Of a stretch of DNA of 43,803 bases, positions 16,640 through 25,023 are shown piece after piece. The notes under the pieces were generated by a model, which saw nothing but the letters and a program-made list of their open reading frames with translations, searched no databases and had not been told where the DNA came from. Numbering within the stretch: the first letter of the stretch is position 1; each line of letters begins with the position of its first letter. The translations under genes were made by a program, and so were the position numbers. The stretch is from an uncultured Candidatus Peribacteria bacterium (GTDB lineage: Bacteria > Patescibacteriota > Gracilibacteria > UBA4473): NCBI GenBank assembly GCA_964451885.1, contig CAYVJW010000002.1:1-43803 (forward strand), in the 5' to 3' direction.

Positions 16640-17380
16640 TTATAAGTCCATTGACTTATCTTTCGAAGTATTATCCAGGTCAATCCCCACTCCTCCCTCA
16701 TCATCCAACACCTTCTCCACGTCTATATCCACCCCTTCTTCTACCGGAATAGTAGCTAATACGGGAGGGAGTGGGGTTTTATCTTCCTGAGGATTATCAC
16801 GGTCGGGAATGCCGTGATCTTTTACATGTGTAAGAACCAGTTGTGATAAGAGATTTTTAAGGGCAGATTCCTCGGTGAAATTCTTATTATTAATGGCTTT
16901 TTCTTTGTAATTTTCAATAATTCTTGAGACTCTGTGAGGGCGGTTTATGTTTAGCACTTCTGTAAGGACTCCTCCAATCTGCATAAATATTATTTTTCCG
17001 TAATTTCCTAAAAAAGATTTAAACCCTATTTTTTCGACCCCCACCTGATCCAGATCAAAAAAATTAATACGGTTTCCCCTTTTACAAAAAAACGTTGGCC
17101 AGTCCACAATCACCAGACCTATGTTTGTCATTACGATACCGTTCATATACCAGTAGAAAAACACTGAAAGCATGCGGAATAAGGCAAAAAGCGCTACGCC
17201 TGCCCAAACAAGAATAAGTCTCTGGGGAAAGAAAAACCAAATCGTCCCCGCCAATGCCCCCCACCCCAAAAGGTGAGTCAACATCTTTCCGGAAGTAAAC
17301 ATAAACGGACACCGAAAGACATGGAGTACAATCTCTTCGTCTTCCAGAAAACTTCCGAATCCCCAATTTTTCCAATGCAT
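16640..17380 (-). CDS. membrane protein with a bacterial PH-like (YdbS/bPH_2-like) region and an acidic C-terminal tail. The ATG at 17380 is preferred over the TTG at 17389.
   Basis: Two TM helices are followed by GIVMTNIGLVIVDW...NINRPHRVSRII. The family assignment is from memory only. Confidence 0.55.
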   Translation of the reverse strand: MHWKNWGFGSFLEDEEIVLHVFRCPFMFTSGKMLTHLLGWGALAGTIWFFFPQRLILVWAGVALFALFRMLSVFFYWYMNGIVMTNIGLVIVDWPTFFCKRGNRINFFDLDQVGVEKIGFKSFLGNYGKIIFMQIGGVLTEVLNINRPHRVSRIIENYKEKAINNKNFTEESALKNLLSQLVLTHVKDHGIPDRDNPQEDKTPLPPVLATIPVEEGVDIDVEKVLDDEGGVGIDLDNTSKDKSMDL

Positions 17381-17386
17381 CGGGTC

Positions 17387-17421
17387 CAATTATCAATTAT
17401 CAATTAATAATTATCAATTTT
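17387..17421. repeat. tandem heptamer array (caattat, caattat, caattaa, taattat, caatttt) abutting the start of ORF 16640-17380
   Basis: Read directly. Its reverse complement, ataattg, is the same word used in the metK leader. Confidence 0.85.
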
Positions 17422-17441
17422 TTTTATTATTCACTGTTTTT

Positions 17442-17581
17442 CCCCCGGCAGAGTCTCCGATGAGGGACTCTGCCGCGGCGAAGCCGAATTATCAACCTTC
17501 CAGGATTATCAACAAAAAGCGGACTTGCTGTAATTTCGCTTCGCGAACGTCGAAGTCCCTAGTCGGAGACTTCGCCGGGGG
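17442..17581. repeat. REPIN-like 140-nt G+C-rich nested palindrome with two inverted hairpin units
   Basis: Hairpin A at 17447-17474 has a 9-bp stem and loop tccgatgagg. Hairpin B at 17551-17574 has a 7-bp stem. A closing stem pairs cccccgg with ccggggg (17442-48 / 17575-81). A middle stem pairs gcgaagc with gcttcgc (17478-84 / 17538-44). Confidence 0.65.
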
Positions 17582-17638
17582 GATATTGCTAATAGAGTTC
17601 GAACTTCACAATCTGTGTTTAGATTTTTTTATCCTTTG

Positions 17639-18709
17639 TCATTTGATAACCCCGCCTCCTAAACAAACAGCCCCCTGATAAAAAACCACCGACTGCCCCG
17701 GAGTGACAGCTCTTTGCGGAGTTTTGAATTTAACTTCTACTTCATCACTTGAAATTTGCTTAACCGCACAAGATTGCGAGCCTTGGCGATAACGAATACG
17801 CGCCTCGCAGAAAAATTTTTCTTTCGGAATCCGGCCACATGTCCAGGTGAGATTAGTGGCTAAAAGAAAAGTTGATAACAATAAATTTTCATCCTGGCTC
17901 ACCATCAACTCATTAGTTTTAAACCGTTTTTCAACCACAAACCATGGGGCATCTCGATAGTCTTTTACCCCACCGACACCCAGTTCTTTTCTCTGTCCGA
18001 TGGTATAAAAACTAAGCCCGATGTGTTTACCGATGATTTGCCTCTTTTGCGTAATAATTTCTCCCGGCTTTTTAGCTAAATATTGCTGAAGAAATTCAGA
18101 ATAAGGACGTTTGCCTATAAAACAAATCCCCGTGGAATCTTTTTTTTCCGCGTTTTTAAAGCCATATTCCTTGGCTAGCTTTCGGACTTCCGGCTTGGTA
18201 AATTTTGCAAGAGGGAAAAGTGATTTTTCGAGTTGTTGTTGGGTTAGCGCATGCAAAAAATATGTTTGGTCTTTATTTTTATCCACCGGAATATGAAGTT
18301 CGAATTGTTCTGTATTTTCGTTAAACACCTTTCTAGCGTAATGTCCAGTAGCAATGAAATCAGCACCTAATTTTTTTGTTTGCTCTAAAAACACTCCGAA
18401 CTTAATAAATTTATTACATAAAATGTCCGGATTCGGCGTGCGGCCAGCTTTATTTTCTTCTAAAAAATACTGAAAAACATGCTTCCGGTATTCTTGAGAA
18501 AAATCAAAAACATAAAACGGAATGTTCAGTTTCGCCGCAACATTACGGGCATCCGCTACATCTTCGGCCGCCATGCAATTTTTATCTTTTTCGTCCCAGT
18601 TTTTGAGGAAAACACCAATGGTTTCATAGCCTTGGTCAAGCAAAAGTTTTGCGGAAACAGAGGAGTCTACCCCCCCGGAAAGGCCGACTATTACTCTTCT
18701 CTTTGTCAT
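17639..18709 (-). CDS. mnmA: tRNA-specific 2-thiouridylase MnmA. Start placed at the internal ATG at 18709.
   Basis: VIVGLSGGVDSS PP-loop motif, and CNKFIKFG, ATGHYAR, DQTYFL motifs. Confidence 0.93.
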   Translation of the reverse strand: MTKRRVIVGLSGGVDSSVSAKLLLDQGYETIGVFLKNWDEKDKNCMAAEDVADARNVAAKLNIPFYVFDFSQEYRKHVFQYFLEENKAGRTPNPDILCNKFIKFGVFLEQTKKLGADFIATGHYARKVFNENTEQFELHIPVDKNKDQTYFLHALTQQQLEKSLFPLAKFTKPEVRKLAKEYGFKNAEKKDSTGICFIGKRPYSEFLQQYLAKKPGEIITQKRQIIGKHIGLSFYTIGQRKELGVGGVKDYRDAPWFVVEKRFKTNELMVSQDENLLLSTFLLATNLTWTCGRIPKEKFFCEARIRYRQGSQSCAVKQISSDEVEVKFKTPQRAVTPGQSVVFYQGAVCLGGGVIK

Positions 18710-18716
18710 AAAGAGT

Positions 18717-18806
18717 TTAAACAAGAAACGGAAGTACCGTTGCCGCCACAAAACCCAAAATAGTAATAAAAGCCGCAATTTTAACGCCGATTTTCTTTTT
18801 ACTCAT
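18717..18806 (-). CDS. possible 29-aa hydrophobic peptide (MSKKKIGVKIAAFITILGFVAATVLPFLV)
   Basis: Hand-translated small ORF between grpE and mnmA. It has one predicted TM helix after a Lys-rich N-terminus. No homology evidence. Confidence 0.3.
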   Translation of the reverse strand: MSKKKIGVKIAAFITILGFVAATVLPFLV

Positions 18807-18829
18807 TATTATTAATCATTATTCATTAC

Positions 18830-19297
18830 TCATTCTGCGCTAGCAGATACCTTCGCCGGCGCAATAACAATTTCACCAAATTTCCATCCCGGCTCCAAAG
18901 TCCGAATGACCGCCCCCTTTCTTCCTTCCTCCGTAAGTAAAACCTCATGCAAACCCGAATCAATATTGTCCCCCTTTTTGGGAGCAATTTTCTGAAACCC
19001 TAATTTTTCCAGCTTCCCGAAAAACTTATCAATCACTTTTATGAGTTCTTTATCTGAAGAATGTTCTTTTCCCAATTGTAATTCAAAAAAATTTGGTAGA
19101 AGCTCTTTCAAAAAATAAGCAATTCCACTCGCGGTCCAATTCTTTTTATTCTCTGATTCTCTTCGTCTTAAATTCTCAAGATCGGCCAAGGCTCGAATCG
19201 CCTTATTTTTTTCTGCTGCTACAGATGCTTCCAGCTCTTTGATATGGGATTTTAGCTTGCCGGAGCAACATGTTTTTTCGTTTTTTTTATTACTCAT
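18830..19297 (-). CDS. grpE: nucleotide exchange factor GrpE
   Basis: Coiled-coil N-terminus with RALADLENLRRR. The C-terminal beta domain contains HEVLL...VIRTLEPGWKFGEIVIAPAKV. Confidence 0.85.
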   Translation of the reverse strand: MSNKKNEKTCCSGKLKSHIKELEASVAAEKNKAIRALADLENLRRRESENKKNWTASGIAYFLKELLPNFFELQLGKEHSSDKELIKVIDKFFGKLEKLGFQKIAPKKGDNIDSGLHEVLLTEEGRKGAVIRTLEPGWKFGEIVIAPAKVSASAE

Positions 19298-19462
19298 TAT
19301 TCATTACTAAGGGTGAGAGATAAAATAACATGTTCAAGTTCGCTCAGATTTGCATTATATAGATTTATAAAAAATTGAGGAATATTGTAATATTGTGAAA
19401 GTTTTTAGAAATTTAGATGATGTGAAGCTGTGATGAAATTGTTCAAGTTATTTTGTCTCGCT

Positions 19463-20092
19463 CTAAAGCCCTAAATCTTTCCTCAACGCTGCCGCTTTCT
19501 CAGCAGCACTTGCCTCCTCTGTTGCCTCTTCTTTCTTCGTCTCAACTGTTTCAATTTCTCGTTCTCTCTCTTGTTTTAAACGATGTACATCATCGGCGAA
19601 TTCTGATTCGAGTTCTGAAAATTTTTGCTTTTCTTCCTCAAAAATAGAAATGAGCTCATTGATTTGTTCAATGCGCAGATGGGGAATAGCATCGATTACT
19701 CGTTGCTTTTCCTCCATAGTCAAGGAAATCGACCCTTCCAGCAAGATGAGGAAATATTCCTCGTCAAACGTAGTGTTTGGATGCGGAGGAATTTTAAATA
19801 CATGCTTGCCCCGGGTCTTAAGCTGACCTACCCGGGCATTCGGATCTTTCGGAATAGGCGGCTTGGGAGGGGGCGGAGGAGTCGGGATGCCTTGAGCCCC
19901 TGGTAGCTGTGCTCCGCCAGCCCCGAGAGGCATGCCTGCCCCCGGATGAGGAAAAGGCGGGAGTGGAGATGCCGGAGGAGGCACTTGTTGATTTTGCGGA
20001 GCCCCTTGCGGAGGCTGTTGACCTTGATTACTATTACCTCCTCCGGGATTTGAAGGATTTGGAGTCGGTGGAGTCGGATTTTGGTCAGCCAT
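19463..20092 (-). CDS. Pro/Gly/Gln-rich hypothetical protein with a helical C-terminal domain. Start placed at the ATG at 20092.
   Basis: MADQNPTPPTPNPSNPGGGNSNQGQQPP... low-complexity N-terminal half. The C-terminal half is FLILLEGSISLTMEEKQRVIDAIPHL... followed by a coiled coil. Confidence 0.55.
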   Translation of the reverse strand: MADQNPTPPTPNPSNPGGGNSNQGQQPPQGAPQNQQVPPPASPLPPFPHPGAGMPLGAGGAQLPGAQGIPTPPPPPKPPIPKDPNARVGQLKTRGKHVFKIPPHPNTTFDEEYFLILLEGSISLTMEEKQRVIDAIPHLRIEQINELISIFEEEKQKFSELESEFADDVHRLKQEREREIETVETKKEEATEEASAAEKAAALRKDLGL

Positions 20093-20163
20093 GTTTTTAT
20101 TCCTAAGATTATAAAGAAATCCCACCTTGTAAAATACAGCTTTACCACCCTTTGTCAACCTTT

Positions 20164-20574
20164 TTAGTTTGTTTTCGGGGACTTAGTAGCAGGTTTAGGA
20201 GCAGCTTCTTTAACAGGGTTTTTATTTTTATCTTCTGGAGGGGCTTTATCGGATTTTGTATCGGTGGAAATATTTACAATCTTAATCTTCGTATGATCCT
20301 GTTTGTGTCCTTTTGTTCGGCGATACCGTTTTCGCGGCTTCATTTTAAAAACACGAATTTTTGGATCTCGACCATGTTCCAAAATCTCAGCTTCCGCAAA
20401 AACATTTTCCAGTATCGGAGCGCCGACTTGAAAATTTGCGCCGTTTTCATCGCTGAGAAGAAGTGTCTCGAGTTTGATTTTTGTGCCGGCTTCGCCGGGA
20501 AGTTTATCAACCTCTAAAACCTCTCCCGTTTTTACGATTTCCTGATGTCCGCCGACTTTTACAATGGCAATCAT
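20164..20574 (-). CDS. rplU: 50S ribosomal protein L21 with a Lys/Pro-rich C-terminal extension
   Basis: MIAIVKVGGHQEIVKTGEVLEVDKL is the canonical L21 N-terminus. Confidence 0.9.
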   Translation of the reverse strand: MIAIVKVGGHQEIVKTGEVLEVDKLPGEAGTKIKLETLLLSDENGANFQVGAPILENVFAEAEILEHGRDPKIRVFKMKPRKRYRRTKGHKQDHTKIKIVNISTDTKSDKAPPEDKNKNPVKEAAPKPATKSPKTN

Positions 20575-20709
20575 GAATATTTAGAATTTATAAGTTTGAA
20601 GCTAGAAGTTTGAATCTTCCGTACAAGTCACCCGCCCATGCGTGACTGAATCTGGACGTTCGAACCTTAGGCTTATACCGTGTTTTGTCAATGCTTTTTC
20701 CAAAAAAAT

Positions 20710-20738
20710 TTGACAATAACGAAATGGTTTTCATAATA
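20710..20738 (+). promoter_or_regulatory. candidate promoter ttgaca-17-ataata upstream of tuf
   Basis: ttgaca at 20710-20715, 17-nt spacer, ataata at 20733-20738. Confidence 0.4.
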
Positions 20739-20770
20739 CGCGGGTATTTCTACTTCTTAATTAAGAAAAG

Positions 20771-21967
20771 ATGGCAGATGCTTTTGTCCGCAACAAGACG
20801 CACGTTAATGTAGGAACCATTGGACATGTTGACCATGGAAAAACCACATTGACGGCAGCAATTACAATCGTTTTATCTAACCGTTTGGGGGATTTGCCGG
20901 CGAATAAGGCCGTGGCATTTGAACAAATCGATAATGCTCCTGAAGAAAAAGAAAGAGGGATTACTATTGCTACTTCGCATCAGGAGTATGAGACTACAAA
21001 CAGGCACTATGCCCACGTGGACTGTCCGGGGCATGCCGATTACGTCAAAAACATGATTACTGGAGCGGCCCAGATGGATGGAGCTATTTTGGTGGTAGCC
21101 GCAACCGACGGTCCGATGCCACAGACAAAGGAGCACATTCTTTTGGCACGCCAGGTGGGTGTTGAAAATATCGTGGTCTTCCTGAATAAATGTGACATGG
21201 TAGACGATGAAGAGATGATTGACCTGGTGGAAATGGAAGTTCGAGAAGAACTTTCCAAGCGGGAATATGACGGAGATAACGCCAAAATTATCCGAGGTTC
21301 AGCTCTTAAAGCACTCGAAGACCCGGCAGGAGAATGGGGCGATAAAATTATGGAATTGATGGACTCTGTAGATGAAGTAATCCCTGAGCCAGTGCGGGAA
21401 GTAGATAAAGATTTCTTGATGTCGATAGAAGATGTATTTTCCATCAAAGGGCGTGGAACGGTTGCTACGGGAAGAGTTGAAGCAGGAATTGTAAAAGTAG
21501 GGGAAGAAGTCGAAATAGTAGGAATAAAAGACACCAGAAAAGTAACGGTGACAGGAGTAGAGATGTTTAAAAAGATGCTTGATGAAGGAAGGGCAGGAGA
21601 TAACATCGGAGCGCTCCTGAGAGGGATTGAAAGAGAAGAGATCGAACGTGGCCAAGTATTGGCAAAACCGGGAACGATCACCCCTCACACGGAATTTGAA
21701 GCCGAAGTTTATATTTTAAAAAAAGAAGAAGGCGGACGCCATACTCCGTTTTTCAAAGGATATAAACCACAGTTCTTCATCCGAACCACAGACGTTACTG
21801 GAGAAATTATCCTTCCGGACGGAGTAGAAATGGTAATGCCCGGAGATAACGCAAAATTTACCGTAAATCTCGGCGCAGCAATCGCCCTAAATGAACAAAC
21901 CAGATTTGCTATCAGGGAAGGAGGAAGAACAGTTGGAGCGGGAGTTGTGACGAAGATATTGAAGTAG
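20771..21967 (+). CDS. tuf: elongation factor Tu
   Basis: [18 protein letters not shown] and NKCD GTPase motifs. Full-length at 398 aa. Confidence 0.97.
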   Translation: MADAFVRNKTHVNVGTIGHVDHGKTTLTAAITIVLSNRLGDLPANKAVAFEQIDNAPEEKERGITIATSHQEYETTNRHYAHVDCPGHADYVKNMITGAAQMDGAILVVAATDGPMPQTKEHILLARQVGVENIVVFLNKCDMVDDEEMIDLVEMEVREELSKREYDGDNAKIIRGSALKALEDPAGEWGDKIMELMDSVDEVIPEPVREVDKDFLMSIEDVFSIKGRGTVATGRVEAGIVKVGEEVEIVGIKDTRKVTVTGVEMFKKMLDEGRAGDNIGALLRGIEREEIERGQVLAKPGTITPHTEFEAEVYILKKEEGGRHTPFFKGYKPQFFIRTTDVTGEIILPDGVEMVMPGDNAKFTVNLGAAIALNEQTRFAIREGGRTVGAGVVTKILK

Positions 21968-21999
21968 TTTTTAATATTTTGTTGGAGATTTAGAAAAAG

Positions 22000-22024
22000 C
22001 GAAGGCGATTGTCTTCGTTTTTTT
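22000..22024 (+). terminator. rho-independent terminator of tuf
   Basis: The cgaaggc / gtcttcg stem is 7 bp including one G-T pair, with loop gatt. Seven T residues follow at 22018-22024. Confidence 0.7.
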
Positions 22025-22075
22025 ATAATTGATTTCTACAAGCATTTTAGTATTAATTAGTAAAATAATTCGTCT

Positions 22076-23632
22076 ATGAAAAGAGTCCTTTTTAGTATTT
22101 TATTTCTTTTAACCATTAGCTTTATTTGCCCCACTAAAAGCGAAGCTATTGGCGAATTTAAATCTACCGAAGTATTTCCTACCTGGGGTGAAACCGTAAA
22201 AACATACAGCGACAAATCAGAAAGAAACCTGAGAGGGGTTATCGGAAAAAATGAAAAAACACGAGATGGGCTCAGAAAAGGGGAAAGCAGGTCGCTTCTC
22301 TATTATATTCCTCGTTTGACAGATATTTTTCTAAAATTCATTGCCCCGGTTATTGCCATTATGTTTATATTCGTGGGGATTCGGTTTATATATGCAGGGG
22401 ACACGGACGAGCAACTCGAAGCATCAAAGAAATTTTTCCAGTACGCACTCATGGGAACAATTTTGGTGATGCTGGGGTATTCCATAATGAAATCCACATA
22501 CTTCTTATTAAAAGCCCCAAAGCCCCCAGAATCACCTACTTCAGAATCTTTCTTATCGAAAGAAGCCATAAAAAAATATGCTAAACGGAATAAAGAGGAA
22601 GCAGAAGAGGAAGAGGAAAGGAAGCAAGAAAAGGCCTGCGGCAGTAAAACAGATCCTGAACTAAAGGGAGAATGTAGCGAAAAAGATCAGTGCGAGAAGG
22701 GAGAGACAGAAATACCGGAGGCAGAAGAAACCGAAAAACCATGCTGGCAAAGAGATGCGTTTGGGCAGGAGGCAATATGCTGTGCAAAAGAAATGCCTGA
22801 AGAAGTCGAACCAGAAAAAGAAACTGTTTGCGGCAGTAAAAAAGATAAGACTTTGAAGGGAGTGTGTAGAAACGAAGGAAAATGTGATGCAAAAACAGAG
22901 AAAAAAATATCGATTGATGAAGAAACAGGAACACCGTGCTACAAAAGAAGCGAGTTTGAGGCCAATGCGGCGTGTTGTTTGGAGTTGGAGAAAGAAATAA
23001 AATGTAAAAGTGAGTCATATCCGGATATTGAAGGAATATGCCGATTAGGAGAAGTGTGTAAATCGGGTGAAGTAGTTGGGCCCGATGAAAAAGCAGAACC
23101 GGATGGGGAAGAATGTTGGGAGCTGTTGAAGGATGTTTCGGTGTGTTGTGTGAAAAAGGAAGAAGCCAAAAAAGACCTCTTACCTCCTGAAGAAAAAATG
23201 ATAAGAAAAGCCATAGAAATTATTAAATCATGGAGAGCTGAAGGAGATGAACCCGAGTGGGAAGACGGGGATTTATTTGAAAAAGAGGATGATATAGTTG
23301 AAGTAAATATTGATTATTCATGGAATGATAAAATCCTTTTTTCAGCGGGGGACATGGAAAACTATGGGCTTACAGTGGAGCAAGCTGTGAAGGATTTGAT
23401 GGATAGCAAAGAACGGATTGAAAGAGAAACTAAAAAAATAGAATGTCCAAAAGACGAAAAAGAATTAAAAGCAATAGGAGAAACGCCGCAAGGAAATGAG
23501 ACACTTAAAATCTGTATTCAAAGATGGGAAGGAGAAAAGAGAGAAAGGTGTACAAACCCAAAAACGAACGAGTACTGTGTAAAGCCTTGGAATTTATATA
23601 TTGGCCGGGCTCAAAAAGCAATGAAGCAATAA
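22076..23632 (+). CDS. TrbC/VirB2-like (T4SS-pilin-like) membrane protein fused to a long acidic extension carrying three six-Cys repeats
   Basis: Signal peptide MKRVLFSILFLLTISFICPTKSEA. Two TM helices flank YAGDTDEQLEASKKF, the typical pilin-like hairpin. Repeats follow at 22634-23175. Confidence 0.6.
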   Translation: MKRVLFSILFLLTISFICPTKSEAIGEFKSTEVFPTWGETVKTYSDKSERNLRGVIGKNEKTRDGLRKGESRSLLYYIPRLTDIFLKFIAPVIAIMFIFVGIRFIYAGDTDEQLEASKKFFQYALMGTILVMLGYSIMKSTYFLLKAPKPPESPTSESFLSKEAIKKYAKRNKEEAEEEEERKQEKACGSKTDPELKGECSEKDQCEKGETEIPEAEETEKPCWQRDAFGQEAICCAKEMPEEVEPEKETVCGSKKDKTLKGVCRNEGKCDAKTEKKISIDEETGTPCYKRSEFEANAACCLELEKEIKCKSESYPDIEGICRLGEVCKSGEVVGPDEKAEPDGEECWELLKDVSVCCVKKEEAKKDLLPPEEKMIRKAIEIIKSWRAEGDEPEWEDGDLFEKEDDIVEVNIDYSWNDKILFSAGDMENYGLTVEQAVKDLMDSKERIERETKKIECPKDEKELKAIGETPQGNETLKICIQRWEGEKRERCTNPKTNEYCVKPWNLYIGRAQKAMKQ

Positions 23633-23675
23633 AGAGTGAACGGAAATGGAAAAATTTTCAAAAAATAATTAATAC

Positions 23676-24563
23676 ATGCAAGTCCACGTATTCGACTTCC
23701 GCTGGAAAGACCCTACTCTCTGCGAAATACAAGCCTCCATCAACGGAAAATTCGCCAAAAAAGAAATCACAATAGGCCAGAATCTATCAGCGGAAATAGT
23801 CTCCGATGTTTCTTGCGCCGGTTATATGAAGGAAGAAAAATGGAACCCCTGCCCCCAAAACGCCATAGGGAAAATAAAATGCGAAATCTGCAGGGCGCGC
23901 GAAGGGAGCTTTATTTTCACCGCCTTTGACGGCTTCAACCAGGAAAATATTACCCCTCAGGATTTAGCGCAAATTTCCGGAGAGCACTACGTCTACCTGG
24001 CGCTTTTTGACCGAAACCTGATAAAAATCGGTGTCTCCAAAAGCGAAAGAAAACAGATGCGCCAACTGGAACAAGGATCCCATTTTACCCTCTTTATAGC
24101 CAAAACTCCGGACGGGGTTTCCGCCCGCCAAATAGAATCGCTCTTTCGAAAAAGCGGAATGACAGACAAAATAAAACCCTCCCAAAAAAAGAATTTTCTT
24201 TGTCCTGAGATCTTGCCTGGAGAAGGCGAAAAAATCCTTCGAGAATTATTAAATGCACACTCGCAGGCACTTTCAGAGTATCCTCACCTGCAGAATTTTT
24301 TATGCAAATCTCCTGAATTTTGCGCATGGGAAGCAGTTTATAATTTGAATAACATTGCACAAAACCCCCATTTTATAGAACTGGAAAAAGAAGAGTGGCT
24401 ATCCGGAAAAATACTGGCCATCAAGGGGCAGTTTATGATTCTGGAAACGCCGGGTGAAGTGATATCGATTTGTATGAAGAATTTATTTGGAAGAACCGTT
24501 GAATTCGAAGAAAAACCAAGCGGATTGAAGAAAAATGCGGCTTTTCAGGGTACATTATTTTGA
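23676..24563 (+). CDS. hypothetical protein, possibly DUF2797-like / GIY-YIG-like (T5orf172-type) fold
   Basis: Cys cluster CPQNAIGKIKCEICR followed by HYVYLALFDRNLIKIGVSKSERKQMRQLEQG. The assignment is from memory and is weak. Confidence 0.4.
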   Translation: MQVHVFDFRWKDPTLCEIQASINGKFAKKEITIGQNLSAEIVSDVSCAGYMKEEKWNPCPQNAIGKIKCEICRAREGSFIFTAFDGFNQENITPQDLAQISGEHYVYLALFDRNLIKIGVSKSERKQMRQLEQGSHFTLFIAKTPDGVSARQIESLFRKSGMTDKIKPSQKKNFLCPEILPGEGEKILRELLNAHSQALSEYPHLQNFLCKSPEFCAWEAVYNLNNIAQNPHFIELEKEEWLSGKILAIKGQFMILETPGEVISICMKNLFGRTVEFEEKPSGLKKNAAFQGTLF

Positions 24564-24566
24564 AAA

Positions 24567-25019
24567 ATGAAAAAAATAGATCACAGAGTATTGAAAAATT
24601 TGGAAGTGCAGGAGAATAGAATTTCTTCGGTAAAACCCAATGCTGTTCTTGGTATTGATTATGGCAGTAAGTTCTGCGGTTTAGCTTTTTCCCCGGATGG
24701 AGTTTGCGCTTTGCCGATAGGGGTATTTCCAACGGAAGATATTATCCCCGAAATAGAACGGATTATAGAGGCAAAAAAAAATGAAAAAATCATAATTGGC
24801 CTCCCGATTTCCGCTGACGGAGAAGAAAATGAAACCTGCAAGGCCATTCGTGAATTTGTAGAAAATCTTCGCCTAAAAGTAGCTGAGCCTATTGAATTTA
24901 TAAATGAACGAGCTTCCAGTAAAAACGTTATCCGTCCCCAAAAAAAGAAAAACAGAAAAGACCGTATTGATGATCTGGCAGCAATGCAAATACTTGAATT
25001 TTATTTACAACAGAAATAA
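24567..25019 (+). CDS. ruvX: putative pre-16S rRNA nuclease / Holliday-junction-resolvase-like YqgF
   Basis: VLGIDYGSKFCGLAFS N-terminal motif, IIIGLPISADGEEN, and C-terminal DDLAAMQILEFYL. Confidence 0.8.
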   Translation: MKKIDHRVLKNLEVQENRISSVKPNAVLGIDYGSKFCGLAFSPDGVCALPIGVFPTEDIIPEIERIIEAKKNEKIIIGLPISADGEENETCKAIREFVENLRLKVAEPIEFINERASSKNVIRPQKKKNRKDRIDDLAAMQILEFYLQQK

Positions 25020-25023
25020 CTAA

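Noticed and set aside
17455-17490. Hammerhead-ribozyme-like string (tccgatgagg ... cgaa) in hairpin A of the 17442-17581 element
   Set aside because: The core reads CCGAUGAG rather than CUGAUGA. The required three-stem junction with GAAA and a UH cleavage site cannot be drawn. The same loop occurs in the inverted copy with different bases.
19298-19462. CIRCE (HrcA) operator upstream of grpE
   Set aside because: No TTAGCACTC-N9-GAGTGCTAA-like inverted repeat is present. Only AT-rich words (aatattgt x2, ttagaaattta) and weak promoter-like boxes are seen.
20626-20647. rplU (L21) leader RNA or tuf-associated element (hairpin agtcac-ccgcccatgc-gtgact)
   Set aside because: It is a single 6-bp hairpin with a 10-nt loop. 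Its loop has no sequence similarity to the other G+C-rich hairpins, and I recall no known L21-leader features that match. I note it only as a possible member of the hairpin family.
20655-20672. tRNA T-arm-like gttcgaac strings here and at 17606-17614
   Set aside because: The flanking bases do not form a 5-bp T stem. No acceptor, D or anticodon arms can be built around either site. I found no tRNA in the window.
21040-21681. Long antisense ORFs inside tuf (213 aa and 129 aa), and similar antisense ORFs inside ileS, ilvD, pepA, argS, the DHH-like gene and others
   Set aside because: They lie opposite strongly supported conserved genes. Their composition is low-complexity Ser/Ile/Pro/Phe-rich, typical of antisense frames in AT-rich DNA. 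They have no motifs.
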